Assembly: GCA_049514105.1 (NCBI GenBank)
Contig: JBEKVJ010000001.1
Location: 5,954 to 69,953 of the forward strand
Length of the DNA: 64,000 bases
Source of the DNA: Acidimicrobiales bacterium
Lineage (GTDB): Bacteria > Actinomycetota > Acidimicrobiia > Acidimicrobiales > Bog-793
Reading direction: 5' to 3'
Positions 54,053-64,000 of this stretch are shown here, piece after piece; the first letter of the stretch is position 1, and each line of letters opens with the position of its first letter. A program made the position numbers and the translations under genes. A model generated the notes under the pieces. That model did no database searches, had not been told where the DNA came from, and worked only from the letters and a program-made list of their open reading frames with translations.

Positions 54053-54185
54053 ACACATAGCGTCGCGCATATCACGCAAAGTGGCAAAATTTTCGCGCTG
54101 AGAGCACCCGTCCTCGTATCACACTCATCTGTTGAGCACCCCCGCGCGCTATCGTGCGGTGGGGCTAATGACAGGCTTGTAGTTC

Positions 54186-54215
54186 GTCCACAGGCTGTGG
54201 ACGAGGCCTGTGGAC
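54186..54215. promoter_or_regulatory. Palindrome GTCCACAG-g-CTGTGGAC plus a third CTGTGGAC copy between divergent pilT and dnaE
   Basis: Read directly: gtccacag g ctgtggac gaggc ctgtggac. It lies 47-76 nt upstream of the dnaE ATG (54262). Any regulatory role is inferred only. Confidence 0.4.
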
Positions 54216-54261
54216 AGGGAGTGGGCGAGCGGTGGTCGAGGCAAGCGAAGCTAGAGCGGAC

Positions 54262-57200
54262 ATGGGTAATTCCTTCGTCCACCTGCACACCCATACCGAA
54301 TACTCGATGCTCGACGGCGCGGCCCGTATCGGTGACCTGGTCGCGGCGGCGGTTGCGGACGGCCAGCCGGCGCTGGCGATCACAGACCACGGCAACATGT
54401 ACGGGGTCCTCGACTTCTACAAGGAGTGCCATGAGCGCGGCGTGACGCCGATCATCGGCACCGAGGCCTACATGGCGGCGCAGTCTCGCTACGAGCGGCC
54501 TGTGCGTCGGGGCCGCATCGACGACACGGGGGGTGAGGGCGACAGGGGCGAGAAGCTCTACTACCACCTGACCGTCCTCGCCGAGACGACCCAGGGCTAT
54601 CGCAACCTCATCAAGCTTTCCTCGGCCGCCTACCTCGAGGGCTATTACTACAAGCCGCGCGTCGACTGGGACCTGCTCGAGGCCCACCACGAGGGTCTCA
54701 TCGCCACCACTGGCTGTCTCGGAGGCGTCGTGGCTCAGGCGCTTTTGGCTGAGGACTTCGACCTTGCCTTGAGCCTTACCGGGCGTCTCCAGGACATCTT
54801 CGGCAAAGAGAGCCTCTTCGTCGAGCTGCAGGATCACGGGATCGCGGCTCAGCGCACGACCAATCCCGCCTTGATAAGGATCGCCCGGGCCGTCGGCGCC
54901 CCACTGCTTGCGACCAACGACAGCCATTACTGCAGGCGCGAGGACGCGGTCGCGCATGACGCCCTTTTATGTGTCCAGACCGGGGCGACGATCCATGACC
55001 CGAAGCGCTTCAAGTTCGAGGGCCAGGAGCACTACCTGAAAAGTGCCCGGGAGATGCGTCAGCTGTTCGCAGAGGTGCCAGAAGCCTGCGACAACACGCT
55101 TTGGGTAGCACAAAGGGCCCGAGTCGAGATCGAGCTCGGCAAGCCCGCTCTCCCGCAATTTCCTGTTCCCGACTCTTTTAGGAGAGACACCTACGAACAG
55201 TCAGCCGCCGACTACCTGGCTCATTTGACCTACGAGGGAGCCGCTGGCCGATATGGCAGCCCGATCCCGCCCGAGGTGGCCGAGAGGCTCGACTTTGAGC
55301 TGAGGGTCATCTCGGAGATGGGCTTTGCCGCCTACTTCCTTGTTGTCTGGGACATCATCCGCTACGCGAGGGACTCGGGGATCCGCGTCGGTCCCGGCCG
55401 CGGTTCGGCTGCGGGGTGCTGTGTCGCCTACTGCTTACGCATCGTCGACCTCGACCCGATCCGCTACGACCTTCTTTTCGAGCGTTTCTTGAACCCCGGG
55501 CGCAAGCAGATGCCCGACATAGACATGGACTTCGACGAGCGCCGTCGGGGCGAGATGATCCGCTATGTCGCAGATCGCTACGGCGCTGACCACGTCGCTC
55601 AGATCGTCACTTTCTCGACCATAAAGGCTCGGGCCGCGGTACGCGACGGCGCCCGCGTTCTCGGGTTGCCCTATGCCCTCGGCGACAAGATCGCCAAGGC
55701 CATGCCACCGCTCGTCATGGGCCGTGACACCCCGCTGCGGGCATGTTTTGAGCGCGTGGATGGTCACGAGGACGGCTACATGGCTGCGGCGGACCTGCGC
55801 GAGATGTACGAACAGGACCCTGATGCAAAGCTCGTGATCGATGTCGCCCGGGGCCTCGAGGGCCTCCGGCGCCAGGACGGCATCCATGCCGCCGCTGTTG
55901 TGATCACCCACGAGCCGCTCACCGAGTACCTCCCGGTGCAACGCAAGCCCGAGCCGGGTGCCGAGCCCGGCGACGCCCCGATCGTCACCCAGTACGAGAT
56001 GCACGGCGTCGAAGAGCTTGGTTTGTTGAAGATGGACTTTCTCGGGCTGCGCAACCTCTCGGTCATCGAGATGGCGCTCGACCTCATAGAGCAGACGACC
56101 GGCACGCGCCCTGACATAGACAACGTCGCGCTCGACGACGAGGCGACCCTCGAGATGCTGAGGCGGGGAGACTCCATCGGGGTCTTCCAGCTCGAGGGTG
56201 CCGCGATGCGCTCGACACTGCGTTCGTTGGCGCCCACGAGCTTCGACGACGTCGCCGCGCTTGTTGCTTTGTACCGGCCCGGCCCGATGGCCGCAAACAT
56301 GCACCGCGACTACCCGGACCTGAAGAACGGCCGCAAGCCCGTCACCTACCTCCACCCGGAGATGGAGGCGATCTTGGGGGACACATACGGGCTGATGCTC
56401 TACCAGGAGTCGGTGATGCGCGTGGCGCAGCGTTTCTCGGGCTACAGCCTCGAGGAAGCCGACAACTTGCGCAAGGCCTGCGGCAAGAAGAACCGTGAGC
56501 TGATTGCCGCCGAGCGGGTGAAGTTCATCGCTGGATCTGTCCGTCAGGGCTACGACGAAGCGCTCGGAAAACAGCTGTTCGACATCATCGAGCCTTTTGC
56601 CGACTATGCCTTCAACAAGTCCCACTCCTACGGCTATGGGCTCGTCGCCTACCAGACGGCCTGGTTGAAGGCGAACCACCCGACCGAGTACCTGGCCGCG
56701 TTGCTGTCGTCGGTGAAGGGCGACAAGGACAAGACCGCCGTTTACCTCGCCGAGTGTCGCACGCTAGGCATCGAGGTGAGGGTGCCGGACGTCAATGCCT
56801 CGACGTCCAACTTCACTCCGATACGGGCTACTGGCGACAGCCCCCAAGCAGCTGGGCGGGGCGTGATCATTTTCGGGCTTTCGGCCGTGCGCAACGTCGG
56901 CGAGGCCATCGTTGAGCACATCGTCGCAGCCCGGGACTGCGGGGGGCCCTTCACCGACTTCTACGACTTCTGCCGCCGGGTCGACCCGAGCTCCCTCAAC
57001 AACAGAGCCGTCGAGTCGCTCGTAAAAGCCGGGGCCTTCGACTCGCTCTGCCATCCGCGCAAAGGTCTTTGCCTCGCGTTCGAGGGCATCATCGAGCGCG
57101 CGCTCGTTCGTCGGCGCGAGTCCGAGCAAGGGATCACGACCTTGTTCTCTCTGCTCGACGACCAAGCCGGCTCGGCAACGGCCGAGGGTGCGTCGCCGGC

Positions 57201-57912
57201 GAGCTTCGACGGTACATGGGTGGCGATCCCTGGCCTCGAGTTCGACAAGGGCGAGCGGCTGGCATTCGAGAAAGAGATGCTCGGGCTGTACGTGAGCGAC
57301 CATCCCCTCATGGGCCTCGAGCAGTCACTTCGCAACGCCACCGAGGTGACCATCCGGGACCTGCTCGACGCAGCCGCCCCGGCCGATGACGCCCCGGGGG
57401 CCTTAGCCGGCGGGGGGGACCTGGCCGAGAGCTTCAGCATCACGACCGGCGGCGTCGTGACCTCCCTCGTCAGGCGCTACACACGCCGGGGCGAGGTCAT
57501 GGCCACCTTCGTTCTCGAAGACCTCGAGGCCGCGATCGACGTGATGGTCTTCCCGAAGACGATGATCGAGTACGGGGCTGTTCTCCAACAGGACGCCATT
57601 GTGGCCGTGCGGGGCCGGCTCGACCTGCGTGAGGACCAGCCCAAGCTCATCTGTCGCGATGTGCGTCGCCTCGAGCTGACCGCACCGGGCAACGAGCCGC
57701 CAGTCGAGGTCGTGCTGCCGCTCAACAGGCTGACGGACTCGCTCGTGCGCCAGATCCGCGACCTCGTGAGCGAGCATCCTGGTCCCTGCGCGGTCCACCT
57801 GCGTGTCGGCGAGAAAGTGCTCCGGCTCCCGCCTCAGTTCAACGTCAATCCTCGAGGTGGCCTCGTCGGCGCCCTGAAGGAGCTTTTGGGCACGTCTGCG
57901 GTCGCGCGCTGA
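54262..57912 (+). CDS. dnaE: DNA polymerase III alpha subunit (DnaE)
   Basis: It has an N-terminal PHP domain MGNSFVHLHTHTEYSMLDGA, ...PDIDMDF..., a polymerase core, an OB-fold and the C-terminus. It is about 1216 aa from the ATG at 54262 (the ORF track starts 10 codons upstream). Confidence 0.97.
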   Translation: MGNSFVHLHTHTEYSMLDGAARIGDLVAAAVADGQPALAITDHGNMYGVLDFYKECHERGVTPIIGTEAYMAAQSRYERPVRRGRIDDTGGEGDRGEKLYYHLTVLAETTQGYRNLIKLSSAAYLEGYYYKPRVDWDLLEAHHEGLIATTGCLGGVVAQALLAEDFDLALSLTGRLQDIFGKESLFVELQDHGIAAQRTTNPALIRIARAVGAPLLATNDSHYCRREDAVAHDALLCVQTGATIHDPKRFKFEGQEHYLKSAREMRQLFAEVPEACDNTLWVAQRARVEIELGKPALPQFPVPDSFRRDTYEQSAADYLAHLTYEGAAGRYGSPIPPEVAERLDFELRVISEMGFAAYFLVVWDIIRYARDSGIRVGPGRGSAAGCCVAYCLRIVDLDPIRYDLLFERFLNPGRKQMPDIDMDFDERRRGEMIRYVADRYGADHVAQIVTFSTIKARAAVRDGARVLGLPYALGDKIAKAMPPLVMGRDTPLRACFERVDGHEDGYMAAADLREMYEQDPDAKLVIDVARGLEGLRRQDGIHAAAVVITHEPLTEYLPVQRKPEPGAEPGDAPIVTQYEMHGVEELGLLKMDFLGLRNLSVIEMALDLIEQTTGTRPDIDNVALDDEATLEMLRRGDSIGVFQLEGAAMRSTLRSLAPTSFDDVAALVALYRPGPMAANMHRDYPDLKNGRKPVTYLHPEMEAILGDTYGLMLYQESVMRVAQRFSGYSLEEADNLRKACGKKNRELIAAERVKFIAGSVRQGYDEALGKQLFDIIEPFADYAFNKSHSYGYGLVAYQTAWLKANHPTEYLAALLSSVKGDKDKTAVYLAECRTLGIEVRVPDVNASTSNFTPIRATGDSPQAAGRGVIIFGLSAVRNVGEAIVEHIVAARDCGGPFTDFYDFCRRVDPSSLNNRAVESLVKAGAFDSLCHPRKGLCLAFEGIIERALVRRRESEQGITTLFSLLDDQAGSATAEGASPASFDGTWVAIPGLEFDKGERLAFEKEMLGLYVSDHPLMGLEQSLRNATEVTIRDLLDAAAPADDAPGALAGGGDLAESFSITTGGVVTSLVRRYTRRGEVMATFVLEDLEAAIDVMVFPKTMIEYGAVLQQDAIVAVRGRLDLREDQPKLICRDVRRLELTAPGNEPPVEVVLPLNRLTDSLVRQIRDLVSEHPGPCAVHLRVGEKVLRLPPQFNVNPRGGLVGALKELLGTSAVAR

Positions 57913-58114
57913 GCCCCCGGAGGGGCCCCCTGGCAGGTCGTCGCCTCGATCCCGTACACTGTTGGTGGTCCGAGCCGGGATGTGCACGCACAGGTGGCAT
58001 GTTGAGGCTCGGCGTCGCCATTAATGGCCAGCTTTTTCTGGGGCGGTCACGCACCGTTGTCCTAGATGGCCTGGGCGGCAGGGTGAGAGCGACGCACGGG
58101 AGCATTGGACGGTC

Positions 58115-58795
58115 ATGGCCATCGATATCGAGGTCGCTACGAAGGACTGTACGGCGCTCACTGACGCGGAACTGGCCGAGATGGCTGATATATCCGCGGC
58201 GGAGAGAGCCGGCTGGGAGGTCGGCTTCCTTTCCAAGCAGCGCGAGGACTGGGTGCTCGTCACCCAGGTACGTGAGCAGGGAAGGCTGCTGGGCTACGCC
58301 CTCGCGACCCTAGAACGCATCGGCGGCACGCCTAGCCTGCTCATCGGCGTGGCGGCCTTCACGCGGGGGCTCAATGCGAGCTACGCCCTCGACGCGGCGA
58401 TGCGCGACCTGTATCGGCGGGCCGTGCTCGCCTTCCCGGACGAGGACGTCCTCGTCGGGACCCGGTTCGCACAGGCCTGCGGTTTTCGTGCCTTTGCGGG
58501 GCTCGAGGACATCGTCCCGCGACCCGAGCACCGCGCGACCGGCGAAGAGCGCGCCTGGGGCCGCCGCCTCGCCAAGCGCTTCGGCGCCGACGGGAACTTA
58601 GACGACAGGACTTTCGTGCTTAAGGGCGACGGCGACGCCGGCGGTCTGTTGGACTTCGACCCGCAAAACCCGCCCTCTGAGTCCGATTCTTTATGTCTGC
58701 TGTTCGCGCCCGTCGATCCGCAAAGGCGCGACAGCCTCGTCGCCTTCGGGTGGGCCATGGCCGAGGCACTCGCTGCCAGCGCCCTTCCTCTCTGA
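58115..58795 (+). CDS. Hypothetical protein
   Basis: 226-aa ORF with genome-typical codon usage and no motif I can name with confidence. Confidence 0.5.
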   Translation: MAIDIEVATKDCTALTDAELAEMADISAAERAGWEVGFLSKQREDWVLVTQVREQGRLLGYALATLERIGGTPSLLIGVAAFTRGLNASYALDAAMRDLYRRAVLAFPDEDVLVGTRFAQACGFRAFAGLEDIVPRPEHRATGEERAWGRRLAKRFGADGNLDDRTFVLKGDGDAGGLLDFDPQNPPSESDSLCLLFAPVDPQRRDSLVAFGWAMAEALAASALPL

Positions 58796-58810
58796 GTCCG
58801 GCGCACCCGG

Positions 58811-59557
58811 CTAGGGCCTCGGGAGCACGCCCAGGACTAGCTTTGGAGCCTGCCCGCGGCGTGGAACGCCGAGGCCCACGACCAGGTAGCGCGGCTGTCC
58901 CCCGATCGCGCGCTCGACCGCCTCGCGAGCAAGCGTGCCTCCGCGCGACGGGCCGTCGATCTCAACTATGCGCTCGTCGGTCACCGGCAGACGGTGCTTG
59001 CGTTCCCCGAGGGTGAACTGGCACCAGGTACCGCTCGAGTCCCACGCGAACAGCGGTGTCCGGTCCGGGGCGACGACAGCGACCGAGGGGCGCGAACCGT
59101 CAAGGTCCTCGTAAGCGATCGACGGCCCGAGGAAGCCCAACAGCGGCCGGCGAGCGTCCACCGGCAGCAGTTCGCGCAGAATCCGTCGGACGGCCCGGCG
59201 CGACGGCCGGCCGACGAGCTCAGGGGCTTTGAGGACCATCACCGCCTCTGGCCGTGCCGGGTCGGATGGCTCGTCGTCATCGGCTAGCTCGATGTCGACC
59301 ACGTCGAGCTCCGGGCCGCTTGTCACCGTCGCGGGGCTGTGGCGGGCCTCCGCGGCCCCAAGGCGGGAGTCGGCGGGCACGACCGGCCAGCCCGAGGCGT
59401 GGCTGCGCACGACCGCACCAGTGGCGACATCGACGGCAACCCACTCCGGGCCCCGCGCAAGAAGGATGCAGCGGAGCACCTCACCGGGCCGATTAGCCCG
59501 CAGCGTCCCAGGCCCGCGATGTCGTGGCGAAGGGAGCCTGAGGTTGCGGTGCCTCAT
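58811..59557 (-). CDS. Hypothetical protein, translationally coupled to the DUF255 gene
   Basis: 248-aa ORF. Its ATG overlaps the upstream stop (TGATG, 1-nt overlap at 59557). No recognisable motif is present. Confidence 0.5.
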   Translation of the reverse strand: MRHRNLRLPSPRHRGPGTLRANRPGEVLRCILLARGPEWVAVDVATGAVVRSHASGWPVVPADSRLGAAEARHSPATVTSGPELDVVDIELADDDEPSDPARPEAVMVLKAPELVGRPSRRAVRRILRELLPVDARRPLLGFLGPSIAYEDLDGSRPSVAVVAPDRTPLFAWDSSGTWCQFTLGERKHRLPVTDERIVEIDGPSRGGTLAREAVERAIGGQPRYLVVGLGVPRRGQAPKLVLGVLPRP

Positions 59558-61578
59558 CAGAATCTCCCCGCCGAGCCCACGGCTGTCAACAGGTCCTCAA
59601 CATTTGCGACCGGGGCGAGGCAGGTACCGCGGCGGCACACATATCCGAGGCCCTCCTCACGCCCGTCCACGAGCGCGCCCGAACCCCAGGCCAACACGGC
59701 CAGGGGCCAAAACCGCGACCGGACGGCGCGAACGAGGTCGTCGCGCTCGCCCGTCACCACTACCTCGACCGGGCCGTCAGCGCAGAGCTCGCCCGCCCAG
59801 ATGAGCTCGGTCAGTGCGAGTGGGGCGGTCTCGAGCTCCGAGCTGGCCGCCTCGACGATGCGCTCTGCGGCCGATGAGAGCTCGTTCTTGCCGCTAAGGG
59901 CCCCGAGACGGGCGAGCGCTATGGCCGCGACGGACCCAGCCGTCGGCGTCACACCGTCGTGGGCATCGCGAGGTCGCACAAGGAGAGTTTCCCTGTCCGA
60001 CCCGGTCGTGTACAAAAAACCCCTCTCCGGATCGGCGAAAAGCTCGAGGAGCGCCTCTGCGATCTCGACAGCCTTGGAGGTCCAGGCGGGGTCCCCGCCG
60101 AGCTCGCCGAGGCGCGTGCAGCAGTCGACCAACCAGGCGTAGTCGGCGGCATAGCCCGGCAGGCTCGCCTGGCCCCGGCACCACGAGCGCAGCACGCGAC
60201 CGTCTTCGCGCTGGAGATGGGCGAGCAGGAACCTCGCGATCTCCTCCGCACCTTGTGCCCAGTCCGCCCTTCCGGTGGCTGCCGCGGCTTCGGCGAGTGT
60301 CGAGCACATCATGGCGTTCCACTCCGTGATGACCTTGTCGTCGAGGCCTGGCCGGACCCGCCCGGCGCGCGCCGCGAGAAGTCGGGCGCGGGCGTCTTCG
60401 ATCTCGGGTGGGCGCACGATGTCGCCGCGCCGCGCCCGGTGCAGGACCGTGCGGCCCTCGAAATTGCCTTGGGCGCTGACCCCGTACCATTCGGCCGCCG
60501 CCGCGCCTCGCGCCGGACCGAGCACCGAGGTCAGCTCGTCTGGCGACCAGAGGTAGTAACGGCCTTCTTCCCCCTCAGAGTCGGCGTCCTCGGCCGAGTA
60601 GAGGCCCCCGCCCTGATCTCGAAGCTCGCGAAGCACATAGGACAAGGTTTCGTCCAAGACCTGCAACAAGCGCGCGTCGCTGGTGAGCTGCCAGGCGTGG
60701 AGGTAAACACGGGCGATGAGCGCCTGGTCATAGAGCATCTTCTCGAAATGGGGCACCGACCAGCGCTGATCGACCGAGTAGCGGGCGAACCCACCGCCGA
60801 GATGGTCGTAGATTCCGCCCGAGGCCATGGCCTCCAAGGTGAGCTCGACCATCTCGAGAGCGCGCTTGTCGCCCGCACGGGCGTAGTGGCGGCAAAGCAG
60901 ATCCAACAGCAGGGGCTGGGGGAACTTCGGTGCAGAGCCGAACCCGCCGTCTTTCGGGTCGAAGATCGAGCTCAGCGCCTCGACGGCCCTGTTAGAGACG
61001 AGATTTGCCCACTCTTCGCGTTCAAGGCGGCTCACCCCGGTGGTGTGCGCCGGCACAGGCGGGCCGAGCCTGCTCGCGACCGCTTCGGAGAGGGCCTGTG
61101 CCCCTGTCATGACGTCGTGGCGTCGCGAGTCCCAGGCGTCCGAGACTGCCGCGAGGACCTGGCCGAACGAAGGCATACCGTGGCGGGCCGTGTCTGGGAA
61201 ATAGGTCCCGGCAAGAAACGGGAGGCCATCGGGGGTGGCGAAGATGCTCATCGGCCAGCCCCCCCGTCCCGTAGCCGCCTGTACGGCCTCCATGTAGATG
61301 GCGTCGAGGTCGGGGCGCTCCTCGCGGTCGACCTTGATGCTGACGAAATGTCGGTTCATCAACTCCGCGGTGACGGCATCGGCGAATGACTCGTGTCCCA
61401 TCACGTGGCACCAGTGGCACGACGAGTAGCCGATCGAGACGAACAGAGGGCGGTCCAGTTCCTTGGCGCGCGCGAGTGCCTCGTCGCCCCACGGGTACCA
61501 GTCGACCGGGTCAGAGGAGTGCTGGCGCAAATAAGGGCTTGTCTGGCCGGCGAGCCGGTTCAACTGCCCGTCCCCCAA
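59557..61578 (-). CDS. Thioredoxin-domain protein, DUF255/YyaL family (thioredoxin-like N-domain + (alpha/alpha)6 barrel)
   Basis: 673 aa with [52 protein letters not shown], the characteristic N-terminus of this family. Confidence 0.9.
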   Translation of the reverse strand: MGDGQLNRLAGQTSPYLRQHSSDPVDWYPWGDEALARAKELDRPLFVSIGYSSCHWCHVMGHESFADAVTAELMNRHFVSIKVDREERPDLDAIYMEAVQAATGRGGWPMSIFATPDGLPFLAGTYFPDTARHGMPSFGQVLAAVSDAWDSRRHDVMTGAQALSEAVASRLGPPVPAHTTGVSRLEREEWANLVSNRAVEALSSIFDPKDGGFGSAPKFPQPLLLDLLCRHYARAGDKRALEMVELTLEAMASGGIYDHLGGGFARYSVDQRWSVPHFEKMLYDQALIARVYLHAWQLTSDARLLQVLDETLSYVLRELRDQGGGLYSAEDADSEGEEGRYYLWSPDELTSVLGPARGAAAAEWYGVSAQGNFEGRTVLHRARRGDIVRPPEIEDARARLLAARAGRVRPGLDDKVITEWNAMMCSTLAEAAAATGRADWAQGAEEIARFLLAHLQREDGRVLRSWCRGQASLPGYAADYAWLVDCCTRLGELGGDPAWTSKAVEIAEALLELFADPERGFLYTTGSDRETLLVRPRDAHDGVTPTAGSVAAIALARLGALSGKNELSSAAERIVEAASSELETAPLALTELIWAGELCADGPVEVVVTGERDDLVRAVRSRFWPLAVLAWGSGALVDGREEGLGYVCRRGTCLAPVANVEDLLTAVGSAGRF

Positions 61579-61599
61579 TCTCGACTTCGGAGAGATCTC

Positions 61600-62412
61600 A
61601 TGGCTGGGAATCTAAGGTCTTCGGCCATGGAGCTAGGTCTCGGTGGCAAGGTTGCTCTCGTCACGGGTGGGTCGCGCGGCATCGGCAAGGCGATCGCGGC
61701 CCGATTCGCCGAGGCGGGGGCGCGGGTGATGATCTCGTCTCGAAAAGCTGACGCTCTCGAAAAAGCCGCAGCCTCCATCGACGGAGAGGTCACCTGGTTC
61801 GTGGCCAACGTGGGCGACCGGGACAGTGCCACCGCCTGCGTGCAGGATTGTTTCGAGCGCCTGGGCGGCCTCGACGTCCTCGTCAACAACGCCGGCACGA
61901 GCCCCTACTTCGGGCCCCTAATGGGCCTCGACGACGCCCGTGCCAGAAAGACCGTGCAGGTCAACCAGGACGCCGTTCTTATGTGGACCCGCCTTGCCTG
62001 GCAAGCGGCAATGTCAAAGCGCGGAGGAAGCGTCATCAACCTGGCTTCGGTCGGCGGTCTTTCGGTCGAGGCGGGGATCGGCTGGTACAACGTCACCAAG
62101 GCCGCCGTCATCCACCTCACGCGCCAGCTCGCCTGGGAGCTTGGCCCCTCGGTGAGGGTCAACGCCCTCGCCCCGGGCCTTGTCAAGACCGACTTCGCCC
62201 GTGCGCTGTGGGAGGGAGCCGAAGACGCCATCGCCTCGCGCTTGCCGCTTTCGCGCTTAGGCGAGCCCGACGATGTCGCCAAGGCGGCACTGTTTCTCGC
62301 CTCGGACGCAGCGAGCTGGATAACTGGCCAGACCCTTGTCGTCGACGGGGGCGCCATGGTCATGCCGTCAGGCGGCCTCGGTGCCGGGGAGTTGGTCCCG
62401 GGGCGGGGCTGA
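61600..62412 (+). CDS. Short-chain dehydrogenase/reductase (SDR)
   Basis: It has [18 protein letters not shown]..., NNAG and YNVTKAA (YxxxK). An alternative start lies at 61627. The ORF-track extension from 61393 overlaps the divergent gene and was rejected. Confidence 0.9.
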   Translation: MAGNLRSSAMELGLGGKVALVTGGSRGIGKAIAARFAEAGARVMISSRKADALEKAAASIDGEVTWFVANVGDRDSATACVQDCFERLGGLDVLVNNAGTSPYFGPLMGLDDARARKTVQVNQDAVLMWTRLAWQAAMSKRGGSVINLASVGGLSVEAGIGWYNVTKAAVIHLTRQLAWELGPSVRVNALAPGLVKTDFARALWEGAEDAIASRLPLSRLGEPDDVAKAALFLASDAASWITGQTLVVDGGAMVMPSGGLGAGELVPGRG

Positions 62413-62429
62413 AACCCGGGAGTCAGCTC

Positions 62430-63593
62430 TCAACCTGCGAGCGCCCGCGGGCCATCCAAAGCCCTGAGCGAGGCGCGGTCTAGTTTCCCGATCGCGCTGC
62501 GGGGCAGCTCGGCGACAAGGACGAGCTCACGGGGCGCGGCGTAGGGCGCCAGTTGCTCTTTGACTATCTCGCGCAGCTCGGCGAGCAGGCCTTCGGCTTC
62601 GAGGCGACCCTCGCAAGACGCGGGCACGACGTAGGCGACGAGACGCGATCCAAAAAGCGGGTCCGGCGTGTCGCCGACGGCGACCTCGGCCACGCCAAGG
62701 TGTGCGCGAAGCACCGCCTCGACCTGAGCTGGCCAGATGTTCTCTCCGCCAGAGATGACGGCATCGTCGAGCCGGCCATGGATCTCGAGTCGCCCTGACT
62801 CGTCCAAAGTGCCGGCATCGCCGGTGAGCAACCAGCCGTCAGCGGTCTTCGGGTCGGTGCCGTCCCGGTAGCAGCGAAGCAGCATCGGGCAGCGGAGCCG
62901 GATCTGGCCAGAGTCAACCTGCACCTGCACGCCCTCGAGGGCGAACCCGTCGTAGACGACTCCTGACCCGGTCTCTGTCATGCCGTAGGTCGCCACAGTG
63001 TTCGCCGGGCGGGGCGAGGGAGGCTCTTGGCCCCCGAGCAAGATGGTGCGGAACATCTCGGCTCCTTCGGGCCCGAGGCGGGTGAGGGCAGCAGGCACGA
63101 GGCTCACGAGCGTCGCGCCCCTCTCGAGCGCGGCGCGTTGTGCCTCCGCTGGCTCAAAGCGGGGCTGGATCTCTACCGGAGTCCCCGTCAGCATCGCCCT
63201 CGTGAGGACCGAGAGCCCGCCGACATGAGAGAGCGGCAGGCAGGCGAGCCAGCGGTCGCGCGACGCCTCGACACCGAGGCGGGCGCTCGTCGCGCGCGCA
63301 GAGGCCTCTACGGCGGCGTGAGTGAGGACCACACCTTTTGCCTCGCCGGTCGTCCCGCTCGTCGCGACAACAAGGGCGTCCCCGTCCTCAACCGGCTCGC
63401 CCGGGCGCGAGAAGGCCTCGCCTTCGGCATCGACCACGACCGAAGGCCGAAGTTTGTCGATCACTCGGCCCAAAGCGGCTGGCGAAAGCCGGGTGTCGAG
63501 TGGCAAGACGGCATCGCCGTCGTCCCAGGCACGCCGCAGCGCCTCTTTAAAGGCCACCCCAGCCGGCATCGCTAGGGCGACAAGGCGGCGCAC
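62430..63593 (-). CDS. menE: o-Succinylbenzoate-CoA ligase (AMP-dependent synthetase family)
   Basis: 387 aa with the AMP-binding motif [15 protein letters not shown], ...YGMTETG... and ...SGGENIWP... The short MenE-like size and divergent adjacency to menB support the call. Confidence 0.75.
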   Translation of the reverse strand: MRRLVALAMPAGVAFKEALRRAWDDGDAVLPLDTRLSPAALGRVIDKLRPSVVVDAEGEAFSRPGEPVEDGDALVVATSGTTGEAKGVVLTHAAVEASARATSARLGVEASRDRWLACLPLSHVGGLSVLTRAMLTGTPVEIQPRFEPAEAQRAALERGATLVSLVPAALTRLGPEGAEMFRTILLGGQEPPSPRPANTVATYGMTETGSGVVYDGFALEGVQVQVDSGQIRLRCPMLLRCYRDGTDPKTADGWLLTGDAGTLDESGRLEIHGRLDDAVISGGENIWPAQVEAVLRAHLGVAEVAVGDTPDPLFGSRLVAYVVPASCEGRLEAEGLLAELREIVKEQLAPYAAPRELVLVAELPRSAIGKLDRASLRALDGPRALAG

Positions 63594-63643
63594 CCCCTAA
63601 GCCTAGAGGGAACAGGGCCCGGACCCGCATTAACGTGCAGCCG

Positions 63644-64000
63644 ATGGCCGAGCTCGATTGGACGACGAAAGGTGATTTCAGGGACATCGCCTACGAGAGC
63701 GCAGGCGGGATCGCGAAGCTGACGATATGTCGCCCCGAGGTGCGCAACGCCTTCAGGCCCCAGACGCTTTTCGAGCTCTCGCGGGCTTTCGACGAGGCGC
63801 GCGACGATCCGGAGATCGGCGTCGTGATCCTTACTGGCCAAGGCCCGGACGCGTTCTGCTCGGGCGGCGACCAGCGCATCCGCGGCGAAGACGGCTACAT
63901 CGGTGACGACGCCGTGGCCGCGCGCGGTATCGGTCGGCTGAACGTGCTCGATCTCCAGATCCAGATCCGCCGCCTGCCCAAGCCCGTCATCGCCATGGTC
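63644..64000 (+). CDS. menB: 1,4-Dihydroxy-2-naphthoyl-CoA synthase (MenB), N-terminal part; continues beyond window
   Basis: Own translation from the ATG at 63644: [45 protein letters not shown]...[21 protein letters not shown]...[18 protein letters not shown]. This shows crotonase-fold MenB signatures. Confidence 0.9.
   Translation, partial: MAELDWTTKGDFRDIAYESAGGIAKLTICRPEVRNAFRPQTLFELSRAFDEARDDPEIGVVILTGQGPDAFCSGGDQRIRGEDGYIGDDAVAARGIGRLNVLDLQIQIRRLPKPVIAMV

Noticed and set aside
54034-56679. Long minus-strand ORFs (54034..54957, 307 aa; 55435..56679, 414 aa; 55776..56300) inside dnaE
   Set aside because: They lie entirely antisense to an unambiguous DnaE coding sequence. Their translations are Arg/Val/Asp/Gly-rich low-complexity, as expected for mirror ORFs in GC-rich DNA, and they carry no motifs.
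59959-61389. 476-aa plus-strand ORF
   Set aside because: It is antisense to the DUF255 thioredoxin-domain gene, whose CHWCHVM N-terminus and length are convincing. It is a mirror ORF of GC-rich coding DNA.
1-64000. Search for CRISPR arrays, IS elements, integrases, phage genes, restriction-modification or toxin-antitoxin pairs
   Set aside because: None were seen. The only tandem repeats are the 21-nt coding PT repeat and the 2x21-bp intergenic repeat. No transposase-, recombinase- or nuclease-like translations appear in the ORF track.

Overview
GC-rich chromosomal segment with actinobacterial-type gene content: MoxR/DUF58/DUF4129 operon, phosphomutase/DUF3090/SCO1664-family trio, FrhB-like F420 protein, family-5 UDG, menE/menB. 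No taxon was computed. No rRNA, tRNA, CRISPR array, transposase or integrase was seen. Layout: (1) 1-17.7 kb is glycan cluster A, with GT2/GT4 transferases, a PIG-L deacetylase, oxidoreductase + aminotransferase + methyltransferase, a Wzx-like flippase, a 761-aa polytopic membrane protein and two paralogous membrane-anchored GH26-like hydrolases. (2) 17.9-22.1 kb is a five-gene translationally coupled MoxR operon. (3) 22.3-28.1 kb holds an FAD/NAD(P)-binding protein, FrhB-like protein, UDG and the conserved trio. (4) 28.2-41.7 kb is glycan cluster B, with five GT2, a NeuD/PglD-like acetyltransferase, aminotransferase, methyltransferase, flippase, WbaP-type initiating transferase and a Wzy_C+TPR protein. 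(5) 41.9-54.1 kb is a monoderm-type type IV pilus locus: pilin, PilO, PilM-PilN fusion, PilC, a long PilT-like ATPase, PilB, PilD and PilT, with no secretin. (6) 54.3-64 kb is housekeeping: dnaE, a DUF255 thioredoxin-domain protein, an SDR, menE and menB. The best candidate for something undescribed is the junction of cluster B and the pilus locus. There a Wzy_C/O-antigen-ligase-family protein with a TPR tail sits directly upstream of a pilin that has a Ser/Thr-rich tail after its disulfide loop, which may indicate pilin O-glycosylation. Other points are a PilT-type ATPase carrying a PilB-like N-terminal domain and a 1.2-kb ORF-poor stretch inside the pilus locus. All functional calls rest on motif recognition by eye in the supplied translations; no database search was run.
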